NCBI GenBank assembly: GCA_002633005.1
Contig: NMRA01000192.1
Coordinates: forward strand, 233,503 to 297,502
Length of the DNA: 64,000 bases
Source: Phoronis australis
Taxonomy: Eukaryota > Animalia > Phoronida
Reading direction: 5' to 3'
Below, piece after piece: positions 53,219 through 64,000 of the stretch. The translations under genes and the position numbers were made by a program. A model generated the notes under the pieces. That model did not search any database. It was not told where the DNA came from and saw nothing but the letters and a program-made list of their open reading frames with translations. Within the stretch, counting starts at the first letter, position 1. Each line of letters starts with the position of its first letter.

Positions 53219-54269
53219 ACGTCGCCAACGATGCTCTTCAACTCTGTTACATTCCGTGCAAGGCCTTATTTCACCAAGACCAATTGCATGAAAACATTTT
53301 TTCTTGAATTAGTTATCATCTTCAGCAAGTCACCAATAATGACGACCACAATCGATGATCTTTAATAGTTATCAAGGCCTGTATTGAGATTTGTCAAGAA
53401 AACTCAAGTCTTGGTGTGAAAACACAATATCTAAGCATTCACTTATTTTCAAGACAGTTGCGCGTCAAAAAGTTCAACTCATCAAAATTACACATGCACT
53501 GTTGCGGCATGCTGTCATGAGTGAAGCATTTTACAATATTATAATTTCATAGAGACTTTATAATTATTCTTTGGCATATTACACTGCCTTTTCTTTTTTC
53601 AGACCGAGAAAAATAATTGAAGCTGCTAAAGCAGCAAAATGATATCGTGAGATGACGTCAGGGCCTTTGTAAAAGGATTTAGTTAACTGGACAATACTTT
53701 CAAATCATTCATACACGTATTTCGGTAAACCAAGAAAATTTAAAACTCAATAAGACAATTGTACGAATGCAAAACAATATTTTCCAAAGACCCCTACATG
53801 TATCTGGCTAAGGATTACGGAGACAACTGTCGTTCTATTTTTGCAGGTTGTTTCTTGAAATTGTATATCGCTTGAAAAAATTGATGACCTGACATATAAC
53901 ATCAATTGTTGCACATTTCCTGGTCTTTGAAAATACCCACCTTTCCATATTTCGGGTCCCATTCCTTGTAGGGGGTACATGTAATTCATGACATCCAAGT
54001 GGCCATCAAGTGATTTTATTGACAAATTCTTAAAGTGGAGCGTGCACGCTACCTCCTTATTTCTGTGATTGCTTGGTAAGATTAGTTTAGAAACACAACA
54101 TCACAACATATAGCGACGGTGTAAATATAATAATTTTCAAACGTTATCAATGAATACAAATGCACTTTGTTTAGCGTAGGCGATGTTCAAATGGAATTGT
54201 CGTTATGTTCCTGCTACAAATTAGCATGGTTAGGAGCATGCAAACGCACATCTAAAAGACCGCTCACGG

Positions 54270-54830
54270 AGGGATGGCCCAGTGTTGGATTCGATTACTT
54301 CTATTTTCCAGTTTTTGTAAAATCGCACAACGGCATTCATGATGAGGAAGCTCACTTCTTGCAGGATTACGAGACGATGGAATGATATGTCACTCTGGCT
54401 TTCATCGTAGGTGTCTCATTTCAGATGAAACAATGTCTCGTTGTGGCGGATCGGCAGAACAGTCCATATGTCCCTACCTACATGTAAATCCTACACTGCC
54501 AAGTATTTACAAGGGGTTCTGCAAGTTCATTCCTCACTTAGCACAGATTGCTGAACACTTCACCGTGACAAGTTGACTCTCCAAACAAAGTGTTATGGAG
54601 CGAACCAGCTGAAAAAGCGTTTAGGACATTGGAAAACGTTTGGTTAACGACCCCGTATTGAAGTTGCCTAACTTGAAGAAAAGATTCTATTTGCAGTCTG
54701 ATGTCGCAGGCTACGCACTTGGGACCATGAAGGTATGCCGATGCCCTTAGCTTATGATTGTCGCAAACGTTTCCACTGTTGAAAAGGAATGTTTAGCCCT
54801 GGTGTGAGCAATGGCCCATTCTCGTGTCTT
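54270..54830 (+). mobile_element. Degraded Gypsy/Ty3 LTR-retrotransposon pol (RT-RNaseH) remnant
   Basis: Fragments KFIPHLAQIA, LWSEPAEKAFRTL, NDPVLKLPNL, FYLQSDVAGYALG, MPLAY, STVEKECLALV across frameshifts. Confidence 0.8.
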
Positions 54831-55375
54831 ATGGTCGGGAATGGGTAAAGTAGTTTGTCAAACGTTTGTCTGCTCGGTAATGACAATTAAGGATGTCACG
54901 TTCATATTCCGAAGTAATATTTAACTCTTTGTTTGTGGAACTTCCGATCTCATTTTAAGGAACTTTGTATTTCCCCTGGTATTGTTTGTGTAGCGAAACG
55001 CATCGATTTTTATCTATGCAGGTCATGGTGTGAACGGACAATCTGTTCACATAAATGTGTTCTAAGGCCCTGGAGCTGTGGAAGTTCAATCCATAAAGTA
55101 TGTTTATCAATAAAACTCTACCTTTGTTTGTTGTTGACAGGATATTTTGACGGAATTCATAATAATTTAACAATTGCCAATACTTTGCCGTTCTGTATAC
55201 AGTAGTTCAACTAAAATGAAAAAAGGTAACGTTTCTTGGGTTTTGGGGCACTCGATAGTTCCCATTCAAATCAAAAGACAAAAAACAAAAAAATGCCGTC
55301 TGGCGCTTTTGGATCTCGCGGCTGAAGTTCGACAAAAACGCTGCCGGAGCGTTTCATTTTTGCCCTAAACAATTT

Positions 55376-56082
55376 AACCTTGCGTTTTGGCTCAGACTCA
55401 GAAGTCTCACTTTTTATCCGTATGCCAGGGATGCAAAATAACACTGTCTCTTTGTTATGAATAGTGTTATTTTCCAGAGTCCGTTTTCTCTAGTAACGCA
55501 GCATTCGTAATAATATGTTACGACGCCTTTTGTTTATGGTAACACACGCCAAATCTCAAGTATCAGTATCACTGCAACTAATGTATTGAGCTATCCACGG
55601 CATATTTCAAATCTACACAATAATAATTTGCCTATTTGATCTAACAGAACATTCTTATATCCAAAGTTGGGATAGGTATTGGGTTTATTAGTTTCACATT
55701 CTTGTAAATGTCACTCCATCCTGGTTTTTGCTGAATATTTGTATCAAACGGCACCAAAAATCCATTTAAAAATTGATGAATATGTACATTTATAATTTTG
55801 GATGAATGGTTTACTAAATTCTTATCTGCAAAATTGGAATAGGTATTGGGTTAATTAGTTTAGAACTTTTTTGTAAACGTCACTACATCCTGATTTTTTC
55901 AGTGCTGAAGTATTTTTTCAAACGGCACCAAAAGTCCATTTAATTTATGAATATGTGTAATTTTGGATGAATGATTACATAAAATTATTCGCACAACTCT
56001 GGGGGGTTTATGTTTTCTAAAATCTTTGTCTTTAACAGGGATCATTATTTCGAATCATTGAAACCATTTTCCTGCTGGTGTA
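55376..56082 (+). repeat. Dispersed repeat (sister of 4119-4620) with an internal ~170-bp tandem duplication (55652-55980)
   Basis: ttcttat...ataggtattggg...gtcact.catcctg...aaacggcaccaaaa...ttttggatgaatg occurs twice. Confidence 0.65.
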
Positions 56083-56376
56083 ACCAGTCATCTATACATT
56101 GTTTCTGGTTTATATCCTTTTTGTTACCATTTTAACAAATATTAATTGACATTACACGCTTTAACTAGTTAAAGCAGTTGACTAGTTAGCGGATTAACAA
56201 GTATATGACGGGTTTAACCGTAACATGTTTTTTATCATTTACAATTAAGATATTTATGAGCTTGTCAGATATGAAAGATACTAAATAGTATGAAATAAAT
56301 TATTTATCTTTTGCTTCCGGTATAATTGTTCAGCGTCAAAAGCTCATGATGTAGTTCTTATGTAATTCGGTCAAAA

Positions 56377-56448
56377 ATGGCGGAGTTGCTAAAAGTTTGT
56401 GACAGTAAAGAAGGTGACGCTCCTAGCGTGAAAAATATACTGTCTCAG
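56377..56448 (+). CDS. Candidate alternative first coding exon of the downstream kinase paralogue
   Basis: caaaaATGGCGG start, MAELLKVCDSKEGDAPSVKNILSQ, strong donor CAG|gtatgt (phase 0). Splicing to the acceptor at 58049 gives LLI in frame with ATG 58059. Confidence 0.45.
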
Positions 56449-57462
56449 GTATGTCATTTTGGTATCGTATTGGACATCAGGTGGTGCTTGATCATTTGGA
56501 TACATTTTAAGGACATTGGAAATCTGCTAATTTTTGGATTGCACCAAGATGGCTTTAAGTTACACCGGCAGCCGGCCGGCTAACCAAATCGCCCAATTGC
56601 AAGCAGATGATTCTTTGTTTGGCATTGTTTGGGGCCATTAGACCGTGAAATATTTAAAAAATAGATGAATTTTGTCGGATGAAGTTTTCGGTGATAACAG
56701 TTCAAAAATGACTTCGGTTGTAGATAATAAACATTCCACACTCAGTCATAAATTGCATAGCACGAAGCAATACCTGAACCAACGAATGCAGACAACTTTC
56801 ACCGCAAACTCTGCAGCGCGTGTCGGTCGAGGTTGGCATTCTGTGCCTAGCTTTTATGGTTTCTGCCACAGCATTTTATTTCAAGTGGCTCATCGGCAAA
56901 ACTACGCAGGCTTCGTACCACCGCAGATTACACCTGCCAATCAAAACTTTATTATTGTTGTACAAGGAGCAGGGTTATAAGAGAATGTTATTATAAATAC
57001 AGTACAATAGTACATGTATATACCATTGTTGACCTTTTCTTGTGGATTAGCATTGTGCGTGTGATACGCCAAAAAACCCACTTTACATACATGTATAAAT
57101 GTACCCTTTGCCATGCATGCGCGCACTCAGGAGAGTGGTGCTCGGGGGAGGGGGGCGAATGAGCCCCCCCCCCCCCATTTGGCGAAGTGGGCAAAAAGGT
57201 CCACCTCAGAGAAACAAAAAGTCCGAGAAAACGAGACAAATGTTCACTAAGAAAGACGCACAGTTCATAGTTCTGAAGGGTGGTATCCCGTTTCTTTAGT
57301 CCTCTCGATTTTTGTCAGCAAAAGGTCCACATCGACAGAAATTCGAGCCCCCCATTTTCAAGGCTGGGTGCGCGCATGCCATGGCATTATTTGTTGACAC
57401 AAAAGTGCGCAACACCGCCGTTTAGGCATAAATGAACTCACGGACGCAACGGAGTTATACAG

Positions 57463-57691
57463 GTGAAAGTGAAAGTGCATATTTTAAAACTTAAACTTGA
57501 TTTACTTTTTAATGATATCGGTTAAACTTACACATTTATTTATCTTAGTTTACAGATCGTGCTAGCTAGTTAAATTTCGTGGGAAGTGCGCTTGTTGCAA
57601 GTCGAATTTGACTGTTCTAGACAGATTAAAAATACGTGACGTCACTCAAATACGGGGAAATCCATAATGATTTGATTCTGGGATTTTCCCC
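57463..57691 (+). promoter_or_regulatory. Cluster of IRF-E (GAAAGTGAAAGT 57465-57476), CRE (TGACGTCA 57637-57644) and two kB-like sites (GGGGAAATCC 57654-57663, GGGATTTTCC 57680-57689)
   Basis: Motifs read directly. A donor gtgagc at 57740 and acceptor at 58049 suggest a non-coding first exon. Confidence 0.6.
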
Positions 57692-58058
57692 AGCAAAGAC
57701 GTTTCGATCCGACACCGAGCAGGAAATAGCTTGGCAAAAGTGAGCATATTGCACTTGTTCTTATTTCAATATTCGACTAATTTTCTAAGTTGGCGTTGGT
57801 TGACCCACGGGTATGTTTTTGAGAATTGTGCAAGCGTACATATATTTGCACGTACAGCCGTTGTATTCGCGGTCTATGCCACCGAAGTAAAACTATTAAT
57901 ATAGGTCACTGATGAAGATACCAATTTTTTCCAGTGACTCATGGGAAAGATGCAGAATTGTTTAGTAAATTCACGCTGTTGGGTTTATGAAATTATGCGA
58001 ATAAGGTAAACGTCGTGATTATCACAGCAATTCGAATTGTATTTTACAGTTACTGATC

Positions 58059-61000
58059 ATGGCGGAGGCTGACCAGTCAGCTTGGTTTTCCATCGGGAAC
58101 TATTCAGTTAACCTGCTAGACAAACTGGGTCAAGGTGCCTTTGGAATAGTGTACACGGGAAAACAAAATCCCACTGACCGTAAGGTGGCAGTCAAAGAGG
58201 TGAGTTGATATGAGAAGATGTACACAACGAATTTTGGATTTTTGTTTTTTTTTTAATTTTTACATTGTGCAAAAGTTTTATTATTCATTTACAAGTTCGT
58301 GACAAAACGGAATTGGCTTGAAAAGTGCACTCATTTTTTAAAATGGTTAAAACCATATTTCTGAAAATTCCTTGAGCTATAGGGCTGTTTCCTTGAGCTA
58401 TAGGGCTGTTAGTCAGGCTTGAATGGTACTGGTGCATGTAGCTCATTGCTGAAATCTGGAAGCTTAGACCACAAATTGGCCAAATATCACACCACCACAC
58501 AGAGCTCCTTTGCCAAAATGCCCAATAGACCAAGCAGACCTACATTTAAGTCTGAGAAGCATTCACATTATTAGAAAATAGCTCAACTGTTGCAAACACC
58601 AATTGAAAATTTGGTTATTTTGCGAGAGAAAGTACTGTCTGGTGTCTTTTTACCATGTTTATTAGAATTGGAACATTATGTGTACAGATTTCCAGTAAAA
58701 GCTCACCAAAAATATCACGTGAAAACTGGGAAACTTTGAATTCGCTTATCTCAGCTCATTATTTCTCAGTAGTGGGAATACGTTCAAGTTTATTTCTCAG
58801 CTATATCTCACTTTAATGAATTGTTACGGAATGAAAAATTGAAATCTAATACAAATAAACTCCAAATCCGTGCCAGTGATTTCATTTAAATTGATTATAA
58901 CTTAAGTTACTTTCATGTGAAGATGGAATTTTGACTGAATGTTGTGCATGTGCCAAATCTCAGAAACCAAGTATAACAAACAGTATGTCATGATGGCGAT
59001 ATGGCCATAATTTTGTATTGGTCCACCTAAATAAGACTATTGGAAGATTCTAAAATTTGTCACAGCATATTTTGGAAATGCCATCATGAAAAAATAATCT
59101 TTTTGGAAAATTTATATTTTTTATTAAAAAACAGTCACTTGAAAACAAATTTCCTTGCTTTTCCTCAACTTGTGGTTTATATTTAAGACGACATATACTA
59201 AAGTTTACACATTTTAAAGAAGAACGTGCGGGAAACAAACAGTGTACCAACATGTACCTCCCTAGCGGTTACAGCGGGAATTATGTTTATTGTGGAGTCG
59301 CTTCAGATTACGGCGACTAGACTAGTACTGACACATGTACACCGACTGTCACGTTACAAGCCATATCCTCTGCATGCAGTTCCAGCTATTCATTCTGCAT
59401 ACTAACGCCAACACATGTATTGTATCCCATGCTGATATATAGAATGAATTCCGTAGACGGAATAATCTCGCAAAGGAATATGCTGGTGTGGTCACTAGCT
59501 TTCTTTGCTTGCAATGCAAAGGGACAGCTTTTTTATAATGTCTATTGCGAAATCTTCGATACAATGAATATACATAACCCAGAAAGCGCCAAGAGGCATT
59601 ATATCTGGGTTAAAAAAATACAAAGAAATCTATATACAATTATTTTGCACAAATACATAAAAAAGAAATCTGTATACAATTATTTTTACACAAATACATA
59701 AATTAAAAAAAAATGTTAAGATTACAGTGACATTTGATCACGAAAGTAAATAAATCATTTTCATACACATTTATACAATTCTATCCACTCACACAAAGAG
59801 ATTTAACATTAAAAAGAAATTTTGATACTATTTCGAATAAAACCTTATTTTCAAAGGGACAACTTGTGAAGCCATGCGCTTTTCCCAGTCCAGGTTGTCC
59901 CAAACACTTACACGCCTGATTTTCAGGGTAACAGATGCGGTATACATTGTAAAATGAAATGAGAACGATACTGCACCCTTGAAGATTTTGGTTAAGAATA
60001 ATCATGATTTATTTCTTATCTGGGTGAAATACTTATTGAGTTATGACTCTTCCCCACTTCAAATTTCCCGGTTTGCGCTGTTCTTCGTTGAATCCACCTA
60101 AGTCATTGGCATTTTCACAGTTTGCTACTGATTTTTCTAAGTACACCTGTACTGTTTCTAAACTTTTCTTTCTCGATTGAAAGTGACATCATATCAGTTT
60201 TACGGCTAGATGAATGTTGGATGAGACTAACAATGAGTAATTAGTGTCGACGTTATTAGCTTTGTGACCATGGGTTTGTTTCATGAAATGTAAGTCAAAA
60301 ATTAAATCCTACACTCCACATAATTATTTTTCTGAAAAATTATTAAATCTCAGTTGAACAAAAGCGTGACGTTTCTGACAAAATACACATAGTTTCTAGT
60401 TACTGAAATAATTGAGATCCAAAATTTTACTCAGTTTAGAAAGTATGAAGTGTGTAAGTTGGTCTTTTACTTGAAGAAGACTTTTTAGTACGAAACAGAC
60501 CTCAGAACTATTAAATAACAAAATCCGTTGTGTTTTGGTGCTTTTAGTCGCAAAATACAGTAGTATGAACCGTGAGGGTTGCCGGTTTGTCGCTCACTTT
60601 TCTCGCTGGTGATGTCCCTTTCAGGTCAGGCAGGCTTACTACCTGGTGACTAACTGTAACTGCAACTCCTGTTATTCAATAAAAGATAACATATAACAGT
60701 ACACAGTTCTTATAGTTAAGAAGAGAACTTGAACTCAGGTCATGAAGCGACTTGATGCTTGACCCAATTTCTAATAATGTACATGTAGTGCTAAACCGGC
60801 CGAGTTCAGTGAAAGGGACAAAACAATGCGAGACGCGGTTGGACATTTTCTTGATTCGTGGATGACAATGGCATGGTGATCGCTGAGAATTTTCTCGGCG
60901 TTAAACTACCGTACAAGAACACAGAAACATTGCACCCCCCCCCCCCCCCCCNCCCCCATTCTAGCGACACAAGGCCAATTGTGATGCTAGTGAGTGAGTG

Positions 61001-63510
61001 CAGTGAGCTTGAGTTTTTTGAAGATCATGGTTGTAGACGGTTTCTGATTAATTTATGCTTGGAGGGAGATATATTTACACGTACAAAAACGGTTTGTAAT
61101 TGAATACGGCTTTTATACACAGAAATTGACTCTTAGTCGTCCAGACAAAACATTTAAATGTCAAAACAGGTGCCCGGATTGTGGTGTCTTTCAGCTTTGC
61201 TACATAACTTAGAATATACGGACACGATTTTTTCATAGATTTAACTTCAAGAACGTATTTCTTTTTGCATAGACCATAGGATATTTTCCCAACATTTCCT
61301 AGAATGGTTTTGTCGGTTGCAGGTTAAGATAGAAGACGAAAGGGGTGGCTGCATAGCAGCACGGGAGCTGAAAAATCTTCAAAGGTTGCCGGAGCATGAA
61401 AATCTCGTAGCCTTTTTGGATTTTCACTTTGCTCGCAACGCCATCTGGATGGTGATGGAGTACTGTGACATGGGCGACTTGGCGGAGTACTATCAAAAGT
61501 ACAAGCCGATACACATTGCAACCAACGTCTCGTTCATGTGTCAGATTGCCTCAGCCATTGCACACATGCATTCTCTGCCCGAACCTATAGTTCACAGAGA
61601 TCTCAAACCAGCTAACATCTTGGTGAAGTATTGTGGGGACAAGCCGGTTGTCAAGGTAAGTAGGCTTAAATTCGTCTTTTTAGGCTCAGTAATACCAGTT
61701 CGGAATACTGTGTTAATGTTCCGGTGTAATTGTTTTGTTTCATTTAGTAAATTAACGCCAGGTTATACTATATAGGATTTTCACTTGGCAGCGGATTTGT
61801 CTTTGGTAGCTTAGAAATTTCGTATTCCATACTTGAATTTTACCTTTTTAATAAAACGATCAAATGTGCGTCATCTGCTTCTGTAGACACATAAACGTGT
61901 AAAATGATAGATTACAAGCTTTTGTGTTACATGTAAATATGCTTTACAGTAATATTAGTTTTTCACGTACATGTAGAACAAAGTTTAATTGAGAGATTTT
62001 TTCAGTGTGCCCAGTGGAAACCAGTTGTTACAACGGTTTAGGAAATGCAGGAATAAATATTGCACCTATCGCGGGTTGAACTTTTGAAGCAGTCGACCAT
62101 GGTAGAAATGAGCTCAAATTAGCAAAGCTCCAGCACTTCTGATAGCTTAGGGTTTCGAGAAACCCCGGTCAAGAATGTATCCCTTGTTGGCAATCCCGGG
62201 CCCGCTGACACTGGTGTGGCAATGAGCCAAATCGATTTGTGCATGTACTGCGGCACATTTACATGCTGGTAATGATTCGGTGTCGTAGCTCCCAGGAAGG
62301 CCCGTACGTCATTTAACATCAGGAACCCATGTCGGATCTTCGCGTGGAGTGCTTGAAACTTGATCGGCCATGGATGTCGCTTACAACTAGGAGCCCCTGC
62401 ATAATGCTAACTGGGGCACGTATTTTTGTGGGCATAATCAGTTCAGACGCACGCATACACACACGCATACACACATGCATATTGGGGTCCTCAGGGTACT
62501 AGTGGCTTAATTCTCAGCATCGTTAACCTCATGGATCCGCCACTTGCGTGTAAACGTTCACTGCAAGATTGTAAAAACTTTCAGGTAACAGACTTTGGTA
62601 TGGCGAAGATTAGTCCAAAAGCGGCAGATTTAACAAAGACGTACATGATGACGACTAGGTGCGGGACCCCTGCCTTCATGGCTCCTGAGCAATGCTTACA
62701 GCAAAGAGAAGGTTATTCGGCCAGCGTCGACGTATTTGCGATGGGACTCATTCTGTTAGGCATGCTGACATACGAAAAAAATAAAGATTTGGCGCCTGTC
62801 TTAGGTAAAATTGTGATAAATGAAACAGTATAAGGTTGGTGGAAATGGTGGGAGGGTGTTTTTTGGTGCGAGCATTAGCAAAATTTCAATAGGAGATTCG
62901 AGGAGAATTGAGGGTGAGGTTACGTGCGAGTAGAGCGACGATATCAGAAATATGTCCTGAACAAGTACATATGTACATGCGTTAACTTAAGGCTGGCTCT
63001 GATACAGAACATCCAAATGCAAAGCGCGTTTGTTTGTGTCCTTGACTGGGATAAAGGTTATTGGTAGAAGACAACTTGTTTCGACATTAACTTACATTGC
63101 GTTGTTCTCACTTCATGGTAAAACTGCCGCCTAGTCTGAGTCTTAAGTATAACAAAAGTGAGAGGATTTCATTTTTTTTTTCACAACATGCAAAATGTTA
63201 GGCTTCTTGAGATCATCAAACCAGTTTCAAGAGTTCAGTCAACATTTGAGCCGCCAGGTTCACTTGTAGAATTTAAAGGCTGAATCCGTATGATCATTCT
63301 CTTTTTGGAAAGGACATGGTATGATGGTGCCTGTTGGTATGATATTGCAAATGGACCCAACACAGTCTTCAAACATTGTACCGGGTGTTAACCAGTCAGA
63401 CGATACCGCTACCAAATCTTTAAAAGACCTCTTTAAAAGAATGATTGTTGCAAACCCAAAAGACAGAATGAAAGCAGCTGACGTGTCAAGAAAGCTAACG
63501 GAAATATTTG
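58059..63510 (+). CDS. Paralogous PDIK1L/STK35-like Ser/Thr kinase (copy C); continues beyond gap/window
   Basis: Exons 58059-58199, 61323-61655, 62585-62804, 63313-63510 with the same intron positions and phases as copy B; GQGAFG, VAVKE, HRDLKPAN, DFG, CGTPAFMAPE. Confidence 0.92.
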
Positions 63511-63758
63511 GTAAGTTATGAAACCTGCATGAAAAGTCTCTTTCAATATACTACAGTGTATGTTCGTCTTCATCCGTGTTTCGTGTTTCTTGAACGTTAT
63601 TTCCCTCTTTAAAACGTTGAATATTCCATGGTTTCCCCTCGGCCTCCCGTGCTCAATCACTTCTCTTCCTCGCACCTTTTCTCCTTCCACACCTCCTTCA
63701 CACAACTCTTCTACCCGCCTCAGTCCTGCTTCCCTGCTAGCACATCATCACCTCCCCC

Positions 63759-63904
63759 NNNNNNNNNNNNNNNNNNNNNNNNNNNNNNNNNNNNNNNNNN
63801 NNNNNNNNNNNNNNNNNNNNNNNNNNNNNNNNNNNNNNNNNNNNNNNNNNNNNNNNNNNNNNNNNNNNNNNNNNNNNNNNNNNNNNNNNNNNNNNNNNNN
63901 NNNN
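63759..63904. other. Assembly gap
   Basis: N run. Confidence 0.99.
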
Positions 63905-64000
63905 TATGTGCCCGGTTGCATGGAACAGTCCCAAATAGGGACTCAACCAAGTTCCCTAAATCTTGTTCGTATTTGTTTCGTTCTTTAGACACAGATGTAA

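Overview
Eukaryotic, intron-rich, AT-rich genomic DNA, probably from a marine invertebrate (inference from gene families and repeat content). It is a draft scaffold with N gaps. Genes reconstructed by hand from GT-AG splice sites and frame continuity: (1) a minus-strand Somatomedin-B/Cys-rich ectodomain gene running into a gap; (2) a small single-pass Ser/Thr-rich membrane protein; (3) a 3-exon secreted 164-aa protein with two fibronectin-type-I-like modules; (4) a tandem cluster of PDIK1L/STK35-like Ser/Thr kinases. The one complete kinase gene (31521-48647) fuses the kinase, via an acidic/Pro linker, to 3 (or 4) Mind-bomb SH3 (REP) repeats. All kinase promoters carry GGGATTTTCC NF-kB sites, and the downstream paralogue adds an IRF element and a CRE. 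A Polinton/Maverick end (AGTAGT terminus plus pPolB C-terminus) sits in intron 1 of a duplicate copy and is absent from the sister copy. Two duplications joined by single Ns are probably co-assembled haplotypes. LINE, Gypsy, MITE and SINE remnants fill the rest.
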